Origin: Candidatus Calescibacterium sp.
Lineage (GTDB): Bacteria; Calescibacteriota; Calescibacteriia; Calescibacteriales; Calescibacteriaceae
Length of the DNA stretch: 64,000 bases
Direction of reading: 5' to 3'
Assembly (NCBI GenBank): GCA_032249135.1
Contig: JAVVGL010000005.1
Location: 40,995-104,994, forward strand
The translations under genes were made by a program, and so were the position numbers. Shown here piece after piece: positions 30,927-40,041 of the stretch (position 1 is its first letter; every line of letters starts with the position of its first letter). The notes under the pieces were generated by a model. The model did not search any database. It was given only the letters and a program-made list of their open reading frames with translations, and had not been told where the DNA came from.

Positions 30927-31856
30927 TCAGAAAATTGATTCAACAATTGCGATAGCCGATGCCAATTTCATGTGTGCTTGTGTAAAAATAACATCCTCAT
31001 ACATGCTAAAAACTTCTTCTGAAATTTCTTTTCCCTTGTGAGCAGGTAGGCAGTGCATAACAATCTTTGCATCAGAAATTTTTGACTTATCAACTCTATA
31101 AACTTCCATCTTTTTCTCTTTTTCCTCAGAATACTCTTGCCCCATAGAAAACCACACATCTGTGTATATTACATCTGCTTTTTGGACTGCTTTTTGAGGG
31201 TCGTACTCCACTGAATATCCTGAACCGAAATCTGGTTCGTATCCCGGAGGACAGCTGAAAACAAGCTGGAAATTTCCAAGAACTAAAAGAGCTTCTATCC
31301 ACGACCTTGCTACATTGTTTTTTGCGTCTCCGAGAAAAACTATTTTTCTTCCCTCATATGTTCCGAGTAAAAATTTTATTGTTGCAAGGTCAGAAATTAT
31401 CTGAGTTGGATGACTCAAATCACTTAAAGCATTAATTATTGGTATCTGCGAGTTTTCTGCAAAAATTTCTAATGTTTTATGGCTATTTACTCTGCATATT
31501 GCAAAATCAACATATCCTTCAACGACTTTTATAAAGTCTCTCAAATCTTCTCCTCTTGATATCTGGGTATCTTGCGGTGATGAATATATAACTTTTCCGC
31601 CGAGTTTATAAATTGCAGTTTCAAACGAAATTCTCGTTCTTGTAGAAGGTTTCTCAAAATATATTAACCCGACTTTATTTTTTAGTTTTTCACTATCTAT
31701 ATTTAGGTCGTTTTCTCTTTTCCGTGTTTTTTTTGTTCCTTTTTTTGTGTTGCTATATTGAGTTTTGATTGATTTAAATATTTCAACTGCTCTCTCTATT
31801 ATTTCTGCAAGTTCTTTTTTTGATAAATCCTCTAATGTAAGTAACCTCTTTATCAT
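30927..31856 (-). CDS. argF: Ornithine carbamoyltransferase
   Basis: FEKPSTRTR, INALSDLSHPTQ, DVIYTDVWFSMG, MHCLP. Start ATG 31856. Confidence 0.92.
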   Translation of the reverse strand: MIKRLLTLEDLSKKELAEIIERAVEIFKSIKTQYSNTKKGTKKTRKRENDLNIDSEKLKNKVGLIYFEKPSTRTRISFETAIYKLGGKVIYSSPQDTQISRGEDLRDFIKVVEGYVDFAICRVNSHKTLEIFAENSQIPIINALSDLSHPTQIISDLATIKFLLGTYEGRKIVFLGDAKNNVARSWIEALLVLGNFQLVFSCPPGYEPDFGSGYSVEYDPQKAVQKADVIYTDVWFSMGQEYSEEKEKKMEVYRVDKSKISDAKIVMHCLPAHKGKEISEEVFSMYEDVIFTQAHMKLASAIAIVESIF

Positions 31857-32012
31857 ATCAAAAGCATGAAATGAAAAGTAATTAGTGAGCAATTTTCAGA
31901 AAATCTTGCAAAAAAACAAAAAACTTGTAGATAAAATGATTAATAGTAAATTGAGGGTTTACAATTTATCAAGTGGAAGTTGAAACAACAAAAATGAAAA
32001 ACTTTGCAATGA

Positions 32013-32159
32013 TGCTTGCACAATCCTTAAAACTGCCAGTTTCAAACCTCTTATAACTCCTCTCTGTTCTCTCTCTTTCAGTCCCTCTTACCTTCCCCAT
32101 TTATAGAGGAAAGTTTTCCTTATATCAACTTGTATTGGGATAGGTTTCAAATTTATTTC
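32013..32159 (-). pseudogene. Silent/degenerate Rpn C-terminal cassette (RpnS-like)
   Basis: Frame overlapping the upstream stop reads EINLKPIPIQVDIRKTFLYKWGR*EGLKEREQRGVIRGLKLAVLRIVQA, homologous to the C-terminal module of both Rpn genes. ATG>ATC at 32139-32141 and TAA at 32088-32090. Confidence 0.85.
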
Positions 32160-33108
32160 ACTTATGGTTTCTGAATATTTTGATAAAATCGTCCCAGTTC
32201 TTTGCTTCTATTATTTTCCTTTTTATTTTTTTGAGGTAATTTACATCATCAACTTTTTCCAAGAGAGTTTTTACCTCTTTTACCTTTGACTTGCCAAACT
32301 TGATTTGAACATCTAATAAAATTGCTTCCTTTAAACCCTCCTGTTTCCCTTGTTTTATACCTTTTATAATTCCCTTCTGCTCCCCCTCTTTTAATCCCTC
32401 CTTTAATCCCTCCTCTTTTCCCCACTTATAAAGGAAAGTTTTTCTTATATCAACCTGTATTGGCATGGGTTTAACCTTTATTTCAATATCAAATAAACCT
32501 GCTAAAAAACTTATGCTATCTATATATTTTATGATTTTTTCTTCATTTTTCAGAATTTCTACAATTCTTTTTTTGACCTTTCTTATTATCTTGGGTTTAT
32601 CTTTGAATTTCCCAGCTAAAATCCCTACGATTACCTCACCAGGTTTTTTGCTCCTTATAAAAACATCAGGATCTATTTTCTTCATATCCAAAACCTCGTA
32701 TTTTAAATTTAGTTTCGGGGTTTTGTACTCTGATGGTGGAGGATTTCCTTTGCCAACAAACAAAACAATCTGTGTAGGTTCCTTTTTATATTTTTCTGTT
32801 ATTGCATAGTAATAACGGAACATCCTGTGTGGTAAAGTTTTATCTTGTTGAGCCTGTATTTCAACTTGGATTATCTTACCGTCAGCTTCAACTAAAATAT
32901 CAGGACGAAAAGTTTTTACCAAACTTATCTCTGCCAATATAACTCTTACTTTTTTACCTATTTTTTTACCAATGGCTAAATAATAAATTTTCCCTATTGC
33001 TTCTGAGAAAATTTCTTTCAAAATTGGGTCAAACCTTTTTAATTCTTTCCTATATTTGTTTCCTTTTCTTCTCTGCCATTGTTTTCTTATTTTCTTCTTT
33101 TTAAGCAC
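32158..33108 (-). CDS. Rpn/YhgA-like PD-(D/E)xK nuclease (putative transposase family), intact
   Basis: FDPILKEIF, RPDILV..IIQVEIQ..DKTLPHRMFRYY, C-terminal (E/K)EG repeats then KFG helical domain. Exact start uncertain. Confidence 0.85.
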   Translation of the reverse strand: MLKKKKIRKQWQRRKGNKYRKELKRFDPILKEIFSEAIGKIYYLAIGKKIGKKVRVILAEISLVKTFRPDILVEADGKIIQVEIQAQQDKTLPHRMFRYYYAITEKYKKEPTQIVLFVGKGNPPPSEYKTPKLNLKYEVLDMKKIDPDVFIRSKKPGEVIVGILAGKFKDKPKIIRKVKKRIVEILKNEEKIIKYIDSISFLAGLFDIEIKVKPMPIQVDIRKTFLYKWGKEEGLKEGLKEGEQKGIIKGIKQGKQEGLKEAILLDVQIKFGKSKVKEVKTLLEKVDDVNYLKKIKRKIIEAKNWDDFIKIFRNHK

Positions 33109-33245
33109 TTGATTTATTTATTTAGATTTTAAAATTTCCTGCATTTCAAAAATAGGGATGGAAATAGAAAATAGAATCTGATTGAGTTAAAATTTGGCTT
33201 TAATTTTACTTTGAATTTTGAAGAGATTTTATGAAATAATCGCTT

Positions 33246-34706
33246 TTAAAGTTGTATGTAAACATTTTTTACTTGAAGCATATCTTCTAAACCTTCCTTT
33301 CCGCCTTCTCTTCCTATGCCAGACATTTTATATCCACCCCATGGAGCATTGTGCGGAATTATACCAAAAGTGTTTATCCATACCGTTCCTGCTCTTATTT
33401 TCTTTGCAACTCTTATTGCTCGTGATATATCTTTTGTGAATATTGCGCTTGCAAGTCCATATTTTGTTGAGTTCGCAAGCTGAATAACTTCATCTTCACT
33501 CTCAAATGGGAAAATAGATACAACCGGACCGAAAATTTCCTCTTGAACAACTTCTGAATTATGAGGTAAATCTACAAAAACAGTTGGAGAAAAGAAATAT
33601 CCCTTTTTTTGATTTAATCTTGTGCCTCCAACGAGTATTTTCCCACCATCTTTTTTCCCTTTTTCAACAAATCTTTCAACTCTTTCAAGCTGTTTTTTGC
33701 TAATAAGTGGTCCTGATATTACGGCGGGGTCAAAAGGGTCTCCAACAGATATTCCTTTTGCCATATCTACATACTTTTTTACGAACTCATCATATATTGA
33801 TTTTTGAACGAATATGCGAGATGAAGCTGCGCACATCTGTCCAGCTAACGAAAACATTCCAACATTAGATAAAAATACTGCTGAATCAATGTTTGCATCC
33901 TCAAAAATTATGTTTGGTGATTTACCACCGAGTTCAAGGATATATTTTTTAATTCCACCTTCTTTTATTATTTTTTCTCCTATTTCTGTTCCACCGGTGA
34001 ATGATACTAACCAAACATCTTTATGTGAAATCAAAGCTCTTCCTGTTTCTGGTCCCCCGAAAATCACATTTACAACTCCTGGGGGAAAGACTTCTTTTGC
34101 TACTTTTGCAAATATGAAAGCAGGTAAGGGTGAATTTTCTGATGGTTTTATAACCACTGTATTTCCTGCTGCGAGGGCAGGAGCAACCTTAAAACCTAAG
34201 AACATTCCTGGAACATTCCAAGATGTTATTATTGCTGCAACTCCGAAAGGTTCTTTTAGTGTGAAATCAAAAAAGTTCTGACCTATTCCTACGACATCAG
34301 ATGAGATTTTGTCGCACCACTCTGCGTAGTATTCAAATCCTCTTCTCAAAGCTCCAAAAGATATTCTTGAGGATATAGAGCGAGGCAACCCAGAATCAAG
34401 CATTTCTGCTATCTGATACTCTTTTATATCTTTTATTTTTTCAGCAAATTGCTTCAAATATTTTGACCTTTCTCTGGGTGGAAGTTCTGACCAAGTTTCA
34501 AACGCTTTTTTTGCACTTTCAACAGCATCACCAACTTCTTTCTCTCCCGCTACACATACTTCCGCTATACCTTCTTCTATTGTTGGGTCTTCTGTGATAA
34601 AAGTTTTTTCAGTGAAAACAAATTCTCCATTTATGAGGAGAGGTATTTTTTGTCCTCCTGTTATTTGTTTTGCTTTTTCAATATGGTTTTTTACTATATC
34701 TTCCAT
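33246..34706 (-). CDS. Aldehyde dehydrogenase
   Basis: SWNVP, APALAAGNTVVIKPSE, SFTGGT, LELGGKSP, GQMC, EEIFGPV, PWGGYKMSGIGREGG. Confidence 0.95.
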   Translation of the reverse strand: MEDIVKNHIEKAKQITGGQKIPLLINGEFVFTEKTFITEDPTIEEGIAEVCVAGEKEVGDAVESAKKAFETWSELPPRERSKYLKQFAEKIKDIKEYQIAEMLDSGLPRSISSRISFGALRRGFEYYAEWCDKISSDVVGIGQNFFDFTLKEPFGVAAIITSWNVPGMFLGFKVAPALAAGNTVVIKPSENSPLPAFIFAKVAKEVFPPGVVNVIFGGPETGRALISHKDVWLVSFTGGTEIGEKIIKEGGIKKYILELGGKSPNIIFEDANIDSAVFLSNVGMFSLAGQMCAASSRIFVQKSIYDEFVKKYVDMAKGISVGDPFDPAVISGPLISKKQLERVERFVEKGKKDGGKILVGGTRLNQKKGYFFSPTVFVDLPHNSEVVQEEIFGPVVSIFPFESEDEVIQLANSTKYGLASAIFTKDISRAIRVAKKIRAGTVWINTFGIIPHNAPWGGYKMSGIGREGGKEGLEDMLQVKNVYIQL

Positions 34707-34714
34707 TTTTTGTT

Positions 34715-35515
34715 TTACCTCCTTTTTGTTTTCTCTTGAAGTTTTTCATTTTTCCCTTTTTCATTCAGCTCTGATGTGAGTTCTTCAAGCTTTTCAAGTA
34801 AAGTTTTTTTGTGAAGTATTTTTATAAGTTCAGATGTTTTTTCTATGGCAATTTTTGCCATGTCAATTATTTTTTCTGTAGGGAGCTTTCCTATAACTTT
34901 TGAATTGAATTCAGTAAATTCTATTTCTACAAGTTTTTTACATATATCAACATAGTTTTTCAGAAACTTTATAGAAAATCCGTGAGATTCATCAAGTCCT
35001 GCTTTCCTCATATCAGATATGATTGACAAAATTTCTTCTCTGAACAAATCTTTTTCATCTTCTTTTTTTATCAGACCTATTTTTTTTAGTTCTTCTATGA
35101 CCTCTTGTGGTAAATCTATTTTTGAATAGGTTTTTTCTTTCCCGTCTTTTGTTGTAATGAGGATTTCTTGGTCTATCTTCATCAACATTTCTTTTATTTC
35201 ATTATCAGGTCTTTTGAGTATCTTTTTTATCTCTTTGAGAGGTAAGAACCTTTTCTGCAACTGCTTTATTATTTTTACTCTTTCTACTGTTTCAGGTGGA
35301 TAGTAAGCCATCTGCTTTGATACCCGAACTGGTTTTGGCAAAAGCCCTTGCGATATGTAAAAGTGAATTGTAGATTTTTCTACTCCTGCAAGTTCGGCTA
35401 CTTTCCTTATAGGCATATAACCTTTTGCTTTAAGCTCCTCTTTCTTACTTAATTTGTTCTTATTATTTGTCTTCTCATCTTTTTTCCCTTCACCCATTAT
35501 TTGTCTTCTTTGCAT
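34715..35515 (-). CDS. MerR-family transcriptional regulator
   Basis: MPIRKVAELAGVEKSTIHFYISQGLLPKP...YPPETVERVKIIKQLQ..FLPLKEIK. Confidence 0.88.
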   Translation of the reverse strand: MQRRQIMGEGKKDEKTNNKNKLSKKEELKAKGYMPIRKVAELAGVEKSTIHFYISQGLLPKPVRVSKQMAYYPPETVERVKIIKQLQKRFLPLKEIKKILKRPDNEIKEMLMKIDQEILITTKDGKEKTYSKIDLPQEVIEELKKIGLIKKEDEKDLFREEILSIISDMRKAGLDESHGFSIKFLKNYVDICKKLVEIEFTEFNSKVIGKLPTEKIIDMAKIAIEKTSELIKILHKKTLLEKLEELTSELNEKGKNEKLQEKTKRR

Positions 35516-35653
35516 TTTTTCTATTAATTTTTTTATTTTTGAATTTTATCAGGGATTTTTCAAATTTTCAGTAAAAAGTAAGTATAAAGTGAAAATTAAT
35601 ACTTTTTTTGTTTTTCACAAATTTTTTTGTTCAATACTATTTTTTTTATTTAT

Positions 35654-37189
35654 ATGGAGACAGTGATTGAACTTCTTGAAGATAAAGCAAAGAGGTATCC
35701 AGAAAATTTTGTTGAGGTTTTCGGAGTAGAAAAAATGACTTTTGAAGAATGGGGTAGAAAATCCTCTCAGCTCGCTCACGCTCTTTTGGACCTTGGCGTA
35801 AAAAAAGGAGATAAAGTTGCAATAATGTTCTCAAACAAAGACGCAGCATTTTTTAAAATATCGTATTTCGCTATAACAAAAGTAGGAGCTTTGCCTGTTC
35901 CTGTAAATGTAAGGCTCCCAAAAGAAGGAGTTAAATTCATTCTTGAAAATTCGGAAGCAAAAGGAATAATTTTCGGAAGCGAGTTTGGAGAACTTGTAGA
36001 AGATCTAAAAAAAGAGGTAAATTTGGGATTTACTCTTGAAAGAAAAGAAGCAGAAAAAATCCTTGAAAAATTTCCTGCACAGCTTCCCCAGGTTGAAGTC
36101 AGAGGGGAAGACTATCTTGATATAATATATACTTCTGGCACAACTGGTTTCCCAAAGGGAGTTTTATCAACTCACAAGTCTCTCTTTGTCAGAGATGATT
36201 CAGTTTATGAGTCTTTATATGCTGGTAAAACTTTTTTGCATGCTGTTCCTCTTTTTACCTTTGCGGGTTGCCATGCTATGATGATGATACCATTAAGATA
36301 TGCTCTGAATGTAGTTATATTGCCAAAGTTTGATGCGAAAGCTTTTTTAGAAGTTATGAAAAGAGAAGATGTTGTTATGGTTTATGCTGTTCCGTTTCAT
36401 CTTCTTGCGGTTATGAGGGAAAAAGAATTTGAAAACGCAAAGATTGATCATATAAAAGTGATTATGTTTGGAACTGCCCCTATGCCTCCTTGGGCTGTAA
36501 AAGCCCTTGCAGAAAGACTCCCAAATACTTGGATTATGAACCTTTATGGTGCAACAGAAGCAGGAATGGCTGGATGTTTCCTCCCACCCGGTATGGCTCT
36601 CCAAAAACCAGATTCAGTGGGAATTCCTTTACCTCCAACCGAAGTAAAAATATGTGATGATGATGGAAACGAGGTTCCGCGAGGTCAGAAAGGAGAGATA
36701 TGGATGAGAATTCCGGGGGTAAAACCTCGGCAGTATTTCAAAGATGAAGAATCCACAAAAAAAGTGTGGACTGAGGATGGTTGGGTAAGAACAGGAGATA
36801 TAGGATATATGGATGAAGAAGGTTATTTATATGTTGTAGATAGGAAAAAAGATATAATAATAAGAGGCGGCTTCAATATATCTTCCGCAAAAGTTGAAGG
36901 AGTCATATCATCTCATCCGAAAGTTATTGAATGTGCTGTTGTTGGTGTTCCTCATCCACTCTTGGGGGAAGATGTTTTTGCTTTTGTAGTTGCGAAAGAG
37001 AAAATAACGGAGGAAGAAATCAAAGAATTTCTGAAAGGCAAACTTGCAGATAACGAGATTCCGAGATATTACGAATTTGTAGATGAATTACCAAAAAATG
37101 CAACCGGTAAAGTTTTAAAATATGAACTCAGGGAAAAAGCTAAAAAAATATATGAAGAAAGAAGAAGAAGAGAAGGAAAGGAAGTATGA
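35654..37189 (+). CDS. Acyl-CoA synthetase (AMP-forming, long-chain type)
   Basis: YTSGTTGFPKG, YGATE, RTGDIG, DRKKDIIIRGGFNI, LPKNATGKV. Start ATG 35654. Confidence 0.93.
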   Translation: METVIELLEDKAKRYPENFVEVFGVEKMTFEEWGRKSSQLAHALLDLGVKKGDKVAIMFSNKDAAFFKISYFAITKVGALPVPVNVRLPKEGVKFILENSEAKGIIFGSEFGELVEDLKKEVNLGFTLERKEAEKILEKFPAQLPQVEVRGEDYLDIIYTSGTTGFPKGVLSTHKSLFVRDDSVYESLYAGKTFLHAVPLFTFAGCHAMMMIPLRYALNVVILPKFDAKAFLEVMKREDVVMVYAVPFHLLAVMREKEFENAKIDHIKVIMFGTAPMPPWAVKALAERLPNTWIMNLYGATEAGMAGCFLPPGMALQKPDSVGIPLPPTEVKICDDDGNEVPRGQKGEIWMRIPGVKPRQYFKDEESTKKVWTEDGWVRTGDIGYMDEEGYLYVVDRKKDIIIRGGFNISSAKVEGVISSHPKVIECAVVGVPHPLLGEDVFAFVVAKEKITEEEIKEFLKGKLADNEIPRYYEFVDELPKNATGKVLKYELREKAKKIYEERRRREGKEV

Positions 37190-37241
37190 TTTATTAGTGT
37201 TTGAAGAAATTAAAAAAATTTAAAAGGAGGTGAAATAAAAG

Positions 37242-38462
37242 GTGGTTGACTTTACTTTATCTCAGGAAGACAAGGAGTTAATAAGGAACATAAGGTTTCT
37301 TGGAGAAAAATTCATGAGACCTTTGGGAATAGAGTATGATCTGAAGGGCGAGCCGGTTCCACCAGATCATCCGTTTTTTAAAATGCTTGCTCAAATAGGA
37401 TTTCAAGAAAGGGTTGCAGGGATGGGTAGAGAAATAGAAGGAGACGGAACAGAAAAAGAAAAAGAAAAAAAGGAGAGAACTTCCGCAAGGCGGGCAGTTA
37501 TAATAGGAGAAGAAACATCTTACTGGGATAGAGGAGTTGCCGTTGCTTTACCTGGACCAGGACTTGCGGGTCCCCCTCTTGCGCTCATTGGTACTCCTGA
37601 ACAAAAACAAAAATATCTCTCTATATTCAAAGATAGAGAAAATCCTCACTGGGGAGCCTTTGCGATGACAGAACCTGGTGCAGGTTCTGATGTTGCAAGA
37701 ATAACTACAAGGTGTGTCAAAAAGGGAGATAGGTGGATTTTGAATGGGCATAAAGCTTTCTGCTCTAACGCAGATAGAGCTGATTTTGTTATTGTTTGGG
37801 CTACCTTGGACCCAAAACTCGGAAGAGCTGGGCACAGAGCTTTTATCGTAGAAAAGGGGACGCCGGGATTTATAGTATCAAAAATAGAAGATAAGATGGG
37901 ACTTAAAGCTTACGCTTCCTGCTCTCTTATCTTTGAAGATTGTGAGGTTCCGGAAGAAAATCTTTTAGGCGGAGAAAAAGCATATGAGGGGAAGGAGGGG
38001 TTCAAAACTGCTATGAGGTCATTTAATGCTACAAGACCAACTATTGCTGCTATGGCAATAGGAATAGCCCGTGCTGCATACGATTACACGGTAAAATTCG
38101 TAAAAGAAAACTACAACTTATCAAGACCTATACCAAGATATGCAAAAATAAAGGAAGCGATAGCTCGCGTGAGAAGAATGATAGAGATCGGAAGACTCCT
38201 GTGTTGGAAAGCAGCTTGGATGGCAGATGTTGGTATAGCAAATATTGTTGAAGCTTCACAGGCGAAAGCTTTCTGTCCAGCTGTTGCTCAGGAAGCAGTT
38301 TCACTATGCCTTGATGTTCTCGGTGATGCAGGAGTTCAAAACGATAAATTTGTTGAAAAACTTTATAGAGATGTAAAAGCTCTTGATATAGTTGAAGGAA
38401 CAGGACAAATTCAAAGAATAGTTATAGCCAGAAGGCTTTTTGATCTGCCAAGTGAAGAATAA
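37242..38462 (+). CDS. Acyl-CoA dehydrogenase
   Basis: GAFAMTEPGAGSD, WILNGHKAF, KMGL, EKLYRDVKALDIVEGTGQIQR; SD AGGAGGTG before GTG. Confidence 0.94.
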   Translation: MVDFTLSQEDKELIRNIRFLGEKFMRPLGIEYDLKGEPVPPDHPFFKMLAQIGFQERVAGMGREIEGDGTEKEKEKKERTSARRAVIIGEETSYWDRGVAVALPGPGLAGPPLALIGTPEQKQKYLSIFKDRENPHWGAFAMTEPGAGSDVARITTRCVKKGDRWILNGHKAFCSNADRADFVIVWATLDPKLGRAGHRAFIVEKGTPGFIVSKIEDKMGLKAYASCSLIFEDCEVPEENLLGGEKAYEGKEGFKTAMRSFNATRPTIAAMAIGIARAAYDYTVKFVKENYNLSRPIPRYAKIKEAIARVRRMIEIGRLLCWKAAWMADVGIANIVEASQAKAFCPAVAQEAVSLCLDVLGDAGVQNDKFVEKLYRDVKALDIVEGTGQIQRIVIARRLFDLPSEE

Positions 38463-38558
38463 GGAGTTTTTGATCGGATAATCTGTCTCATAAATCATCT
38501 AAATTTGCAACTATAAAGCTCAGGAAAATACTATAAAAATCAAAAAAATGCCAAAAAA

Positions 38559-39962
38559 ATGAGTTTTTTAAAACATCCCACAAAAATTGTATCTTTTTAT
38601 GATATGAAAAGAAGAGGAAAACTTAACATTCCAAAAACACCCGAAAGAGAACTCGTAAAGGAGTTTTACAGATTATCTAAAATCAACTGGGGAGTAGACG
38701 ATGGATTTTATCCTCTTGGCTCATGCACCATGAAGTATAATCCACGCATAAACGAAAAGATAGCAAGTATGGATCAATTCAAATTCCTGCACCCTGCTTT
38801 TCCAGAGCTTGCTCAGGGAGCCCTTGAAATAATGTATGAACTTGAAAATATGCTATGCAAAATTACCGGAATGGACGCGTTCTGCTTGCATCCCGCAGCA
38901 GGAGCTCACGGGGAACTTCTTGCTATCAAAATATCCAAAAAATATTTCTTTGAGGAAAAAAAAGAATGCGAAAGAAAATATGTCCTTATTCCAGATTCAG
39001 CTCACGGAACAAATCCAGCATCAGCAGCAATGTGCAACTTCTATGTAAGAGAAGTAAAAAGCGATTCAAGAGGGAATATAGACATCCAGGACCTCAAAAA
39101 GAAGTTAGGAAAAGATGTTGCAGTTCTTATGATGACCTATCCGAACACTCTCGGACTTGCTGATGAAAACATTGAGGAGATTGTAAATTTGGTTCATCAA
39201 AACGGATCACTACTTTATTTAGATGGAGCAAACCTTAATGCAATAGCAGGAATTGTAAGACCCGGAGATATAGGTTTTGATTTTGTACATCTTAATCTTC
39301 ATAAAACATTTTCAACTCCGCACGGAGGAGGAGGTCCGGGGGCAGGACCGCTCGGAGTCAAAAAGCATCTTGAAAAATTCCTGCCCTACCCTAGAATAAA
39401 AAAAGAAGATGAAAATGGTAACTCAAAATACATACTTGATTACTCAAATAAAGAAAGCTCGGTAGGTAAAATAGAATCTTTCTTCGGCAATTTCCCAGTA
39501 CTTCTGAGAGCTTGGGCATACATAAAAATGTTAGGAGATGATGGAATAAAAAAGAACTCTCAAATTGCAGTCCTTAACGCAAACTATCTTATGAAAAAGC
39601 TTTCAGAAAAATATCATTTGCCATATCCGCGCAAATGCAAACACGAATTTGTTCTGAGCGAAAAAGGATTAGGAGTAAGAACTGAAGATTTAGCAAAAGC
39701 TTTGCAGGACGAAGGATTTCATCCACCAACAATTTATTTTCCGCTTATAGTCAAAGGAGCTATCATGATAGAGCCAACCGAAACTGAAACGAAAAAAACT
39801 CTTGATGAATTCGCAAATGCTATGCTCAAACTTTTTGACCTTTCGCACACTAACCCAGAATACTTTGAAAAAGCTCCGCAAAAGCAAGCGGTAAAAAGAG
39901 TTGATATGGTAAAAGCTAACACGAAATTAATCCCTTCTGAAAGATGGAAAAAAGACGAATAA
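38559..39962 (+). CDS. gcvPB: Glycine dehydrogenase (decarboxylating) subunit 2
   Basis: YPLGSCTMKYNP, PAAGAHGE, SAHGTNPASA, HLNLHKTFSTPHGGGGPG, MIEPTETE. Confidence 0.95.
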   Translation: MSFLKHPTKIVSFYDMKRRGKLNIPKTPERELVKEFYRLSKINWGVDDGFYPLGSCTMKYNPRINEKIASMDQFKFLHPAFPELAQGALEIMYELENMLCKITGMDAFCLHPAAGAHGELLAIKISKKYFFEEKKECERKYVLIPDSAHGTNPASAAMCNFYVREVKSDSRGNIDIQDLKKKLGKDVAVLMMTYPNTLGLADENIEEIVNLVHQNGSLLYLDGANLNAIAGIVRPGDIGFDFVHLNLHKTFSTPHGGGGPGAGPLGVKKHLEKFLPYPRIKKEDENGNSKYILDYSNKESSVGKIESFFGNFPVLLRAWAYIKMLGDDGIKKNSQIAVLNANYLMKKLSEKYHLPYPRKCKHEFVLSEKGLGVRTEDLAKALQDEGFHPPTIYFPLIVKGAIMIEPTETETKKTLDEFANAMLKLFDLSHTNPEYFEKAPQKQAVKRVDMVKANTKLIPSERWKKDE

Positions 39963-40041
39963 AAAGATGAAGCAAAAAATGAAGAATGAATAAAGAAGGA
40001 AAAGAAAGAAGTAGAAAAAGATAAATCACATAAGAAAAACT

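Noticed and set aside
35580-35604. AAGTAT-N13-ATACTT as a MerR operator
   Set aside because: Only 6-bp arms in very AT-rich DNA, as expected by chance.
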